In this document: positions 52,231 through 64,000 of the stretch, in pieces
How positions within the stretch are numbered: position 1 is the stretch's first letter
Layout: each line of letters opens with the position of its first letter
NCBI GenBank assembly: GCA_043228905.1
Contig: JBHGNT010000014.1
Location: 3,844,001-3,908,000 of the forward strand
DNA: 64,000 nucleotides
Reading direction: 5' to 3'
Origin: Azolla caroliniana
Lineage: Eukaryota; Plantae; Polypodiophyta
The notes under the pieces: model-generated
The model's input: only the letters and a program-made list of their open reading frames with translations
The model's database searches: none
Told to the model about the DNA's origin: nothing
Translations under genes and position numbers: made by a program

Positions 52231-55200
52231 TCAGGCACTAGAGGGTAACTTGGCCGATCTTGTAATGCGCTTGTTGTTGGTGCCAGATTTTACATTCTTC
52301 TTTATCTTAAAGCCTTTAGGTATGAGCTGACTAAGTGGCACTTCATCATCAGAGGCATCAGAGATAGGCGTGGATGCGCGGGCACCTTGTACTGGTGGCA
52401 AGCTTGAGAGAGCAACTGTGTTTTCTGCAACTGCAATGCTTGTACACAAATCCACAAAGGTGCTGTCGATAGTCAAATTATCACTCATCTTTATTCCCCT
52501 ATCATCATCAATGATGCCTGTACACTCGTTCTTATTAGACTCCTGTATGTGGACTATGGCAGTAGTCATGGTCAACTCCTCTTGTACGGTGGCTGTCAAC
52601 TCATTCTTAAGACTACGTGTACAATCAGGCTTATCTGTACAATCAGGCTCCTCATGTGATTCTGTACAATCAGGCTTATCTTCAGGGAAAGCGATGTTCT
52701 TTCCACGATCCATTTGGGCATTCTCAGTACAATCAAGCTCCTCTTCATTACTAGCAATGTTCTTTCCATACTCCTCATCAGAATCTTTAGACAGTACTAG
52801 CACATTATCAGTAGACACTACTAACACATTATCAGTACAATCAGTCTGCTCTTCAGTACTTGCCATATTCTTTCCACACTCTTCATGGGCTTCAGTCTTC
52901 TCTTCAGTACTTGCCATATTCTTTCCACACTCTTCATGAGCTTCAATCTTCTCTTCAGTACTTGCCATATTCTTTCCAGAGTCTTCATAGGCTTCAATCT
53001 TCTCTTCAGTACTTGCCATATTCTTTCCAGACTCTTCATGGGCTTCAATCTTCTCTTCAGTACTTGCCATATTCTTTCCACACTCCTCATGGGCTTCTTT
53101 AGACATACTGTTGTTTGGACATGCCAGCTGCTCTTCACATATGAATGCTTCGTTTTTCTCACAATCCTCATGTGTGGAAGATGTGCTTCCAGAATCTGCC
53201 TCCGTGGAAAGGTTAATCCCAGAATCTGACTCTGCACTTGTGCTCCATGAAGTTCCCGATTCAGGCTGCTCTTGTAAACCTAATTAATGGGATTCCAAAC
53301 AATATTAGTATCAACTCACATACTCAAAAGTTTGCAAACAATGAACATAGGGTTTTGGGCCACATTTTTACCTAATGTTACATGGTCATACTGTACAGCC
53401 GTAGATACCCCATTGCAAGTGGTGGGCTCGGTCATCTTCTCCACAACATCTAGGTGCTCAACAGTGTTGCTATGATCTATAGAATGCACCAAAAGCAACA
53501 ATATAATAGGGTTGTTATGAGCTAAATCATTGTTTTCAAAGTCTGGCTTTTGACGTTTACCTGGGAGTGTGATAAATTCGTCTTCACGATCAGGTTTTGA
53601 ACTCGTATCTCCGTCACCAAATATCATTTCGTCATCAGCTAGCAACACAAGTACATGGTATTAGACAATGGATTAGGTTGACAACGCTCCTGACAGGTGA
53701 GAACTTATATGACTCACCATTGCATTCAACTTTCCTTTTCTTGCCGTTTCCATACAACATTCTTGCAGCATTTCTCTTCTTACTGGGCTCTATTTCTAAA
53801 GACACATCATTTCTCTTCTTAGTGGGCTCTATTTCAAATTGTTGACCGGAGCTTGGGGAATTTGTTTGTAGAAGCATATGTTCCACTGCTCCAATGGCCC
53901 TTCTCATACATTCATCCTCATCATAAAAATCATAGGTTATTGGTAATGATGGTCCCTGAACCTTGGAATGTGCGGCAGATATTGAGGGTTTAGGCACAGG
54001 GGCTGGTAGTTCCATGACCTTCCCTGGCGTGGAGTTGCTTGACACTACGACATTCATTGCAAGAAACAAAAAAACGTTGAACGTTAGTACCATCATCTAA
54101 AATATACAATGTAGGTCACAATGTACTCCTCACATAGTTCCTAATTTACTGAACTAGTACTAATAAGGAACAATGTACTGCTCACTTAGTTCCCAATTTA
54201 CACAAGTAGTACTAATCATGCACAATATACACAAGTAGTACTAATCATGCAGAATATACTACTCACTTAGTTACCATGTTACACAAGGAGTACTAATCCC
54301 GAACAATGTACCACTGTACTAATCATGAACAATGTACTACTCACTTGTTTCCTAAATTAGTGGACTAGTACTTATAAGGAACAATGTACTGCTCACTTAG
54401 TTCGCAAATTACACAAATAGTACTAATCATGCACAATATACACAAGTAGTACTAATCATGCACAAGTACTAATCCCGAAAAATGCACCACTGACTTTGTC
54501 AAATTTATAAGTAGTACTAATCTTGAACAATGTACTACTCACTTATTTCCTAAATCACTGAACTAGTACTAATCCCGAACAATGTACTGCTCACTTAGTT
54601 CCCAAATTACACAAATAGTACTAATCATGCACAATATACTACTCACTTAGTTACCAATTTACACAAATAAGGTACAAATCTAGTACTAATAGGGAACAAA
54701 GTACTACTCAGTTCCCAAATTACAAAACTAGTACTAATCATGAGCAATGTACTACTCACTTAGTTACAAAACTATTACTAATCATGAGCAATGTACTAGA
54801 AACTTAGTTCACAAAGTACAAAACTAGTACTAATCATGAACAATGTAGTAATTACTAAGTACTAATCCAACAAATGTAGATTGGTATTTTGCACACAAGT
54901 AATACTAAACGTGATATGTGTTCTACACACCTAGTTACATAACTTGTACTAATTACACCAACAGTATTGAACTTGAACAGTATTAGTACTAAACGTGATA
55001 TGTGTTTCACACACCTCATTTCCAAATTACAGAAACTGTACTATTATTCAGCAATTTAAGTGACACCTTGTTCCCAAATTACATTACTAGTACTAATTTC
55101 CAAGTTACACAAACAATACTAACAGTCAACAGTGTACTATAAGTATAGTGTTTACTAAACTAATACTAGGCAAGTTACAATATAGATTGGACGATGTTGT

Positions 55201-56732
55201 ACCTGGTTCCCTTTTAGTACTACTAATTCTGGAAAATATCCCTTCAACTAACTACACATACCAATTATATATTAAGAGTACTGCCAATACTATCCCATTG
55301 TTGTTAGAGATACACTAATACTAATCCATTGTTCTCCTAAATTTTAAGTATGACTTGTGGCATACACTAGTTCTAGTCCAAATGATAATTGACATTATAT
55401 AATACAAACAATAGAATAGTAGAGCCACATACCGTACGGGTGTACTTTTAAACCCCAAGCATAGTACCACTCAGCCGCAATTGTAGTTTTACAGTCCATA
55501 CATGTATTCTCTTTCTCAAAATGATACTTAGCACATAGCACATGATATGTGTGCAAGCATGGTGTAATCACAACATCCATAGCCTCCAGCTTGAATCCGA
55601 GGCCACAAAATATACACCTGGAAGATTGCAAACACAAGTTATAATATATTAGCTGCTCACTTATTTATACCATAAAAGTAGAAATAAATAACTTTTAAAG
55701 CTAATACCGTGATATAGCTATACTAGTAATGGTACTTTCTATACCACTTGGGTGCTCAATTACAGATGGACACAAAGTATCAAAACCATTATGTTTTAAA
55801 TCCTGCATCAAGCATGCAAGGTTCTCAGAATGCAACTTTAAGGCTGACAACTTATTATCTATTTCTTCATGTGCATTCCTGCAAGTATCAAGGTCTGTCA
55901 TCTGTGAATGTAATTGAGCACCCATATTGTTCAGCTCTTTCTTCAACTCCTCTTTCAACACCTCACTTTCTGAATTTTGGATTGTCGATGCAATCCATTC
56001 ATATGTAGTCTTTATTGAAGAAAATTTCTTTTCTGCCTGTATCTCAGCTGATTTAACTGCTTCCAAATCAGCAAGTAGTGCTTGTATTCTTGAGCTCATA
56101 GAAGCTATGCAACCAGCCATCATCTGTTCATGTTTTTCAGTCATTGTGGCCCGTACCTTTGCCTCTAGAACTTGTTGGACAGGTGTTGTAGCTGGAATAT
56201 CCACATGAGAGGTTCCAGATGACTTCAAGCCAGTGTTGGTACTGGAGGACCCTTTGTAATGTTCTGACCGGTGCCGATTAAAATCTTCCCAATTAACGTC
56301 GATGCCACCTTGAACTTCACATGCAAAAGCACGTGCAAAAACAGTACCCACCTCATTGTTAGTGATTTGATTTGTATCATAAACATGTTCGTATCTCGTC
56401 TTCAATAAATTGATGTATTCCCTCTTCAAACCACTCATGTGGAATCCTCGCCTTGTGTCGGGATGTGCTGACCCCCAGGTTTTTAACAACCACTCTCTCA
56501 GCTCTGGGTAAACGTCAGGTCGTGCCCGAAGGAAATAATTCCATCCAAGAGGTGTGTCTCGACTGATGGACTGGTACTGCCAGGTCTTCTTTCTCTGTGT
56601 TGATGAATTCATCACCCTTTCTCTTGTGGGTGTCTTCTTGCTTTCTTTCATGGGTGTCCTTCTTCCTTCCTTCACTGGTGTCTTCACTTTCTCTTTCATC
56701 AATGTCTTCTTTATGGGTGTCCTTCTCGTCAT
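52231..56732 (-). CDS. Sola2 accessory multi-exon gene: basic TPxK N-terminus, coiled coil, RING-H2 finger, acidic repeat tail (one acceptor possibly mutated)
   Basis: Exons 56732-55708 and 55617-55433 splice in frame giving C-x2-C-x16-C-x-H-x2-H-x2-C-x10-C-x2-C; further exons from 54056, ~53640, ~53478, ~53280; acceptor at 54057 reads CAA. Confidence 0.68.
52850..53100 (-). repeat. 51-bp coding repeat x5 (EAHEECGKNMASTEEKI)
   Basis: Visible in ORF 52231-53106. Confidence 0.9.
54100..55330. repeat. Degenerate array rich in TAGTACTAAT and AATGTACT in the accessory-gene intron
   Basis: Dozens of AGTACT/GTAC copies in ~50-55-bp units. Confidence 0.85.
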
Positions 56733-57689
56733 TTTCCTAGTCAACACAATTCTCATCAACACATAGCAAATCAATTACCATCAACACATCGCAATTACCA
56801 TCAACACATAGCAAATCATCACATTGCATGTACAAACCACATGTACAAACCACATAGCAAATCATCACATTGCAAATCAACACACAATAACCCTAAATAG
56901 TCAAACACACAGAAAATAAAACTCATCCATGTCAAACACACAGAAAATAAAAACAGACGAATAGGAAAGTCAAAGAAAACGAAAACTTTGTAAATCATCA
57001 TAACCAACTCCATCACATCGCATGTACAAGCCATGTCCAACATACAAAAACCCAAAATAGTAGGAAAAAAACTCATCCATGCCAAACTCACACAAAATAA
57101 AAACAGATGGACATGAAACATTAACAAAACAAAAACATAGCAACTCATCATAGCCAACTCCATTTTGGCCACATGTACAAACATGTCTAACACACAACCA
57201 CATCGAACAAAATATTGTGATACATTTTTAAAAGAAACACAGAGAAACACAGAGAAAACAAAAACATACCAGTTGGGCATGCAACACATAGACTATGAAT
57301 AATCAAAACCTACAAATGGTCATACACATACAAATAAAAAACAGACAGAGAGGAAACATTCAGAAAAAGAATACATACCAGTTGGGCATGCAACACAGAG
57401 AATACCTGGAGGTCGCTAAACTTGCAGAGGTACCACACCGTCTTGATTTCGATACCTTGGGAGACAAACGAGAAAACTTCAGGATGACAAACGAGCAAAA
57501 CGTCAGAGGCTGCTGCAGAGGAGACAAACGAGCAAACTTCAGAGGCTGCTGCAGAGGAGACAAACTTCAGAGGCTGCTGCAGAGGCTGCTGCGTATACAG
57601 AGTTCAGAGATCGAACCTGGCACAGAGGGGAACACAAGAACAACAACAACGGGGAAACAGAGAATCGAAGGTGGAGTGAGAGAGAGAAA

Positions 57690-57865
57690 CAGAAAGAAAG
57701 AAAGAAAGAGACCTTCGAAGGTGGAGTGAGAGACAGAGAGAAACAGACCTTCGAAGGTGTCTGTCTGACAACTTCGAGGTAGAAGAGAGAGAGAGAGAGA
57801 CAGAGAGTGAGTGAGAGACAAAGAGAAACAGACCCTCGACGGTGTCTGTCTGACAACTTCGAGAC

Positions 57866-57919
<54 letters not shown>

Positions 57920-58008
57920 CAGACAGACAGAGAGACAGAGAGACAGAGAGTGAGTGAGAGACAGAGAGAAACAGACCTTCGAAGGTGTCTGTCTGACAAC
58001 TTCGAGAC

Positions 58009-58050
<42 letters not shown>

Positions 58051-58060
58051 GAGAGAGAGA
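57690..58060. repeat. (GA)n tracts interleaved with 3-4 copies of GACCTTCGAAGGTGTCTGTCTGACAACTTCGAG
   Basis: Direct reading; upstream of the accessory gene. Confidence 0.85.
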
Positions 58061-58471
58061 CATACCAACTGACACGTTCGACTACCAATACCAGAGAGAG
58101 AGAGATTGACACTGACCACCTGTCACAATGGAAACCTTCTCCAGGTGTGCTTTCGTACAACTCTACCTAGGAGACTGGGGCAACACTTAATGCATTAAAT
58201 ATGGCCTAGGGACATTCGAGTGTGACGTATAATATCTTTGAACATTCGAGTGTGACGTAATGAATTTGTTTTTGGTTTTTTGAAATTTATTTACAATTTT
58301 TAATGTTTCTTTTCTTCTTCGATTTAGTACTAAATTTTTGGCCAAAAGTTGGTACACCGTAGCATGCTTCGACCCACAACATATATGTTATTACAATGGT
58401 TAAGGGTTCAACACATAGACCAAGAAGTCGTGGGTTTGATTCTTGATAACCAAAATGTTGTCTTCATGATA

Positions 58472-61400
58472 TTATCCCCCCTTTCGATGACGAGTTCCAC
58501 GAGTCGGAAGACAAGAGTTCAGACTTCGTTTATGGGGATATTTGTCTTGAAATGCAACAACCATGTCAGAGGCATTAGCAAGACGCTCGGCAGGCTCCCA
58601 TGTTCGATCATTAGGTGTATAATCTAACCAATCAACCAAATAATATAGTTTGTTGCGGATGATCTTGGAGTCGAGAATAGCAACAACCTCATATTCAGAG
58701 CCATTGGAAACTTCGATTGGAGGTGGGGGAGGTGTAAGACGACCCGGAATAGAGCTTGTTGTGTAGGGCTCCAAAAGTGAAACATGGAAGACCGGGTGAA
58801 GACGCATATGAGGAGGGAGATCAAGACGAAATGTCACATCATTGATCTTACCAGAGATCACATATGGGCCGAAACGTTGATAATCCAATTTGTAACAAGG
58901 TCGAGTGGTTTTAATGCTACCTTGTAAGAGCCATACACGATCTCCTACTTGAAACGAAGTCGATGAATCACGCCGATGACGATCATCAATATTCTTTTGA
59001 GTGTTTTGGGCATCACATAAATGATGCAAAAGTATATCTTGAATTTCTTGGAGTCGAGTAGCCGATCTTTAGCAGCCGGGTTTTTCGGGAGTTCGGGATG
59101 TTCAAGCATCGTCCAACGAGGATGGTACCCAATGTTAGCAAAAAATGGGGAATAGCCAGTAGAAGAATGTTCGGAGTTGTTGTAAGCAAATTCCGCCAAA
59201 TGTAATAAATCCACCCAATCATCTTGTTGATAGTTGACAAAACAACGTAGATATTGTTCGACTGTTTGGTTGGTGCGCTCACTCTACCCATTAGTCTCTG
59301 GATGGTAGCCGGAAGAGAGTTTATAAGAAGTATGTAAGAGTTTGAACATGTGCCGCCAAAATTTCGAGATGAATTGGGGACCCCGATCACTGATAATGTC
59401 ATCCGGAAGACCATGATGGCGAAACACTTCCCGCATGAGTAAATCGGCTGTCTCTTGACTAGTAATGGTCTTCGTGCATGGAAGGAAATGCGCCATCTTC
59501 GTAAAACGATCAACTACCGTGAGAATAGAATCAAATCCCTTGGAAGGTGGAAAATCCGTAATAAAGTCCAAGGAAATAGATTTCCATGGGCTCTCCGGAA
59601 TAGGCATTGGCTGTAATAGGCCATATGGATGATGTCGAGCCTTTTTTGATCGGCAACATGTATCACAACTACGAACATAATCCGTAACAAAATGGCGAAG
59701 CCGTGGCCACCAATATCGGCGAGAAATCAACTCAAAAGTCTTGTGGATGCCGAAATGTCCAGCCATTGGCGTGTCATGACATTGTTGCACGACTTTGAGT
59801 CGAGAAGGACCGTCAGGCACATACAAGAGAGTTTGTCGAAAAAGCAAACCATCATGCCAATTGAACTAGGTGTAGTCTAGACAAGGATTTTTAGATTGAG
59901 AGCTGGAAGCACGATCTGGGATAATATGACTCAAAACCTCTTGGGCGAATCCATCTGTCGCAATCTGCTCCCGAATGGAATCAAGAAGCCTCGAATCTCC
60001 TGGTGTGTTGATAGTATGTATTGCCATTACTCGTAGACGATCAGGACCTAAGAGGATTTGCTTTTGACTTTCAAATGTGGCCTCTCCTGGTTGAAGTTCC
60101 ATATACGAACGTCGAGATAAGGCATCTGCTTTTCCTTGTTGCATCCCAGGGCGATATAGAATTACAAAATCAAAACGAGGTAAGAACTGCGCCCAACGAG
60201 CTTGTTGACGATTCAAGACTCGAGCACTTTGGAAGTATGTTAGATTTTTGTGATCATTGAAGACAATAATCTGTTGAGAATAGCCCTCCAAAAAATGACG
60301 CCATTGTTGAAAAGAATCCACAATGGCAAGAAGCTCTTTGTCGTGAATCTCATAGTTGATTTCTGCGGCTTCAAATTTCCGTGAGTGAAAAGCCACAAGG
60401 TGCAGTTCGCCATCTTCACCAATCTGGGATAGTACGCTTCCAAGTGCGAAATCAGATGCATCAGCTTCAAGTATAAAGCGCCTCATTGGATCGACATGCA
60501 TTAAAATTGGTGCAGATGTAAACGCTTGCTTTAAACCCTCAAATGCAGAGTTCGCATCGATACCCCAGACAAATGGTTGATTCTTGCGCGTTAGTTGAGT
60601 GAGGGGCAATACAATCTTTGGATAATCTTTGATGAACTTGCGATAAAAGTTTGCGAACCCCAAAAAACATTGTACATCTCGCACAGACTGTGGTGTTTGC
60701 CAATCCAAAATTGTTTGAACCTTTGATGGATCCATAGAGATGCCATTTGAAGAGACTATGTACCCCAAAAATTCCACTTGACACTGGTCGAAACTACACT
60801 TCTCCAATTTTGCATAGAGACCATACTCTCTTAACCGTTGCAAAACTTGGCGAACGTGTATCTCATGCTCCTCTTGAGTTTTTGAGTAGATCAAGATATC
60901 ATCCAAGTAAACTATGATGAAGATATCGAGGAAGTCTCGAAAAATGTCATTCGCCATATGTTGGAAAACTGTTGGTGCATTCGTGAGACCAAATGGCATC
61001 ACTGTATATTCAAAATGACCATAGCGAGTGCGGAATGCGGTCTTCCATTCATCCCCAGGACGAATTCGAACAAGGTTGTAGGCACCTCGAAGATCTAACT
61101 TCGTGAAAAACTTGGCTCCACTGAGGTGTTCTAGAAGGCTTGAGATCAATGGTAGAGCATATCGGTTTCTAATAGTTACTTTATTCAAGCCCCGATAATC
61201 CACGACCATACGAAGCGTACCATCTTTCTTCTTAATGAAAAAGATGGGTGCACCAGCAGGAGATCTTGAATGTTGGATAAAACCATTTGCCAGGTTCTCA
61301 TCTATATATTCTTGAAGAACCTCTAACTCCGTGGGCGAAAGGTTATAAATTGGCCCCCATGGAGGCTCTTTTCCTGGCTGCAAATCAATTGGGCAATCAT

Positions 61401-62067
61401 AGGGTCGATGCTCTGGTAATCTATTAGCCTTCACCTTATCGAACACATTGGAGAATTCTATGTACTTCTTTGGTAATTGGACCCCCAATTCTTGTGAGGT
61501 AGATGAGGGAGTTGCTAAAACCGCAAACACCATCATGTCTTCCTTCCTTCCATCCTCTCGTAAATGATGTATGGAGATTGTTGAAATCATGTGGGATCCT
61601 AGATCCTTTGTTGGAGTTTCAAGAGACTCGGATTGTACTATGACCTCTTCAATAGTTCTTTTTCTCCAATCAATAGTTGGGTTATGTAACTCAAACCAAG
61701 GAAGACCAAGAACTAGACAGTGCTCTGGACTACTAATGATGTTGAATGAGATGATACTAGCCAAATTACCTAGGACTACACGAATTGATTCAGACTCTTC
61801 GACTATATCACTTGATGCTATAGGGCGACCATCAATGACTCCTACAACTACTGGGTTTGGGAGCTTGTTCAAGATGATGTTTTGGGTCAATGCAAACTCG
61901 CGATCCATGAAACAAGAATTGGCTCTAGAATCTAGGAGGGCAGAGGCTAGGACTCGATGACTTGTAGATGTGCTAAGCTCAACTTGTGCAGAAAAAACTC
62001 TACTAGCTTGATTTGATGAAATGGAACCACAACTAGGTACAGACTCTACATATCTAGGATGGTCCAA
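58472..62067 (-). pseudogene. Chromovirus pol (PR-RT-RH-INT-chromodomain) with two stops and a frameshift
   Basis: LLDSRA (DSGA mutated), YLDDILI, ADASD, SLDFITDF, FHVSLLEPY, YEVVAILD...YLVDW...TWEP. Confidence 0.93.
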
Positions 62068-62093
62068 TCAAATGGCTCCTATTTTGGCCGGAC

Positions 62094-63221
62094 TTATTCG
62101 TTTAACACATCCTCTAATTGGCTCAAGACATCAAATCTATTCTCATGGCATGGGTTATTAGGCTTAGTAGTTAAATTATTAGAAGTGATAGTAGAACTCA
62201 TGGTAGGGTTGTCATGTGCACTTACTTGGTAAACTTGTCGTCTGGGTTTATGTGGACAATTCACAGCAATATGTCCTAGACCACCACAATAGAGGCATAG
62301 GCGATGCGCCCGACGTCGTTGTTTCTCAGCATCTAATAAAGGCCCTCGACGTTGTGTTGACTCTATTTCGATCGGAGTGGGACCATCCCTCGTAACGGGT
62401 CTGGGAACTTGTGGCAGTGTTGCGACTATTGAAGCATACGTCTGTTCCGGTTGACGGCGTATCATTTGTTGACATTCAGAACGTCGCTCAAATAGGCGAT
62501 TATCACATCGCACAGCTCGATTAATGGCCTCTGTAAGAGACTTTGGATCTTCGTGGAAAGTAAGAAGAAGATCTTTAACATCGTTACGCAAACCCTGACG
62601 AAATTGATCCATTAAGGCTGCTTCATCCCAAGGGATGTCACATGCCAAGAGAAGGAAATCTGCTGCGTAGGCTGAAGCGGGACGATCTCCTTGTCGGAGT
62701 CTTCGAATCTTGTTTATTTCCGTTCTAGTGCTATCGGTGTCTTCAAAACTAGCTTGAAACTCTTTAAGGAATGCCTCGAAATCCTCCAAGAATGGTGATT
62801 TCTTCTCTAGAAGTGGTGCAAACCATGCTAATGCGGTACCACTTAGCAAGGTTCCTATTAATCCCACACGAGCAGCATCAGTTGGGTACCGATTGGGATG
62901 TAACTGAATCACCAAACGGACTTCATTCAGGAAACCTCGAAACAAAGATCGGGTACCATCAAACTTGGCAGGGAGGCTAATCTTTGGTTCCCTTGGGGAG
63001 TTTTGAACCCCCGCCGCTTGTTCTCGTAATGTTAATATAGTAGCCTCGAGTTGATGAACCCGTTGTGATAACTCCTCATATTGATGAGCTTTCTCGGTAC
63101 TGACTTGTTGTAAATCCCCAAGTAGCCTATGATTTTCTTGCTCTAATGCCACAAACTTAGTCGTGAGCATGTCGAGCTCAGAAAGGACACGCATATACTC
63201 TTGCTCGCTGACGGATTCCAT
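62094..63221 (-). CDS. Chromovirus gag
   Basis: PAKFDGTR, LRQG, FRQGL, CLYCGGLGHIAVNC; open 375 aa. Confidence 0.9.
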   Translation of the reverse strand: MESVSEQEYMRVLSELDMLTTKFVALEQENHRLLGDLQQVSTEKAHQYEELSQRVHQLEATILTLREQAAGVQNSPREPKISLPAKFDGTRSLFRGFLNEVRLVIQLHPNRYPTDAARVGLIGTLLSGTALAWFAPLLEKKSPFLEDFEAFLKEFQASFEDTDSTRTEINKIRRLRQGDRPASAYAADFLLLACDIPWDEAALMDQFRQGLRNDVKDLLLTFHEDPKSLTEAINRAVRCDNRLFERRSECQQMIRRQPEQTYASIVATLPQVPRPVTRDGPTPIEIESTQRRGPLLDAEKQRRRAHRLCLYCGGLGHIAVNCPHKPRRQVYQVSAHDNPTMSSTITSNNLTTKPNNPCHENRFDVLSQLEDVLNE

Positions 63222-63776
63222 AACTGAGGGAGAAAAAGAAAGAAGGGAAAAGAAGAAAGCTTGCTAGGGTTATTGGAAAAGGAAACAGAAATATTCATTG
63301 TAATCTTGTTTCATCGTAATATAATCTCATTTCTATTTCAAGTCTTATCTTTCTCACTCTCTCTCACTCACTCTATCTCTCTCACTCTCAGTCTCTCTCT
63401 CACGCACACACACACACACACCCTCTCTCTTTCGCTCTCACTCTATCTTCTACCCACGAGTCTCGACAGTTTGAACCGAATGAGTTGAAACGAATGTATA
63501 GACAATTATTTATAGGTCCTTATGGAGTAATCTAGAATGTTCTAGAATATTTTAGATTTTATGATAAGAAATATAATCATGAAATATTAAAGGATGTTCT
63601 AGAATAATCTAGAATGTTCTAGAATGTTCTAGAATATTCTAATATCTTGTAATAACTAGAAACATAATTATTATAATCATACAACATATATCTTATTACA
63701 ATGGTTAAGGGTTCAACACATAGACCAAGAAGTCGTGGGTTCGATTCTTGATAACCAAAATGTTGTCTTCATGACA

Positions 63777-64000
63777 CGGGGGAGGAAGGTAACCTCCACC
63801 TCGTATGTTGACTGAAGAAGAAAAGCTTTTACGGCTTAAAACAAGCGTCAAGGATGTGGTACCAGAAGTTCCACTCCTACATTAGCGAGCTTGGCTACCA
63901 CCGATCCAATTCCAACCCATGTATGTACACTTGACAACTGGCTGACGAGTCCCGGATCTATCTGACCCTATACGTCGACAAAATGCTCATTGTAGGGAGT
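63777..64000 (+). mobile_element. Right part of the degenerate host copia RT
   Basis: LKKKSFYGLKQASRMWYQKF...LYVD; joins 45795 across the TSD. Confidence 0.85.

Larger units (their letters stand above)
46197..58375 (+). mobile_element. Sola2 DNA transposon, 12,179 bp
   Basis: 26-bp TIRs GGGT(A/C)GAAGCA(C/T)GCTACGGTGTACCA (24/26), 5'-GGG termini, 4-bp TSD ACAA; the uninterrupted LTR has a single ACAA at 63681. Confidence 0.93.
45796..63776 (-). mobile_element. Tcn1-like chromovirus (Ty3/gypsy); 3' LTR 45796-46196 plus 58376-58451 split by Sola2; 5' LTR ~63294-63776 rearranged
   Basis: TG...CA ends with TSD CGGGG (45791-45795, 63777-63781); PPT AAAGGGGGGATAA; chromodomain. Confidence 0.92.

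Noticed and set aside
57295-58160. Long SLSL/RERE ORFs
   Set aside because: Open frames produced by (GA)n microsatellites

Overview
This is a gene-free, deeply nested transposable-element block from a plant genome (TTTAGGG repeats). The TE mix suggests a non-seed land plant, which is inference only. I found no host gene. Three nests resolve from TIRs, LTRs and target-site duplications (TSDs). (1) A LINE 3' relic holds a 15-kb Sola-like DNA transposon (7060-22109, 29-bp TIRs, 4-bp TSD), which holds a non-autonomous LTR element, which holds a full-length Ty1/copia. (2) An old copia holds two truncated copias and a tRNA-Trp-primed Ty3/gypsy (4-bp TSD), which holds an internally deleted copia. 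(3) An old copia holds a Tcn1-like chromovirus, which holds a 12.2-kb Sola2 transposon with an apparently intact, spliced 813-aa transposase. The main candidate novelty is that both DNA transposons carry a second, accessory gene plus motif-dense intronic arrays. The first encodes a damaged amino (N6A/N4C) DNA-methyltransferase-like protein with a 13-copy palindromic array in its intron. The second encodes a RING-H2/coiled-coil protein and is dense in GTAC/AGTACT. Also notable are telomeric-repeat fillers at break junctions and a chromovirus 5' LTR inversion whose junction matches a self-priming reverse-transcription intermediate. All family names come from motif recognition by eye, not from database searches.
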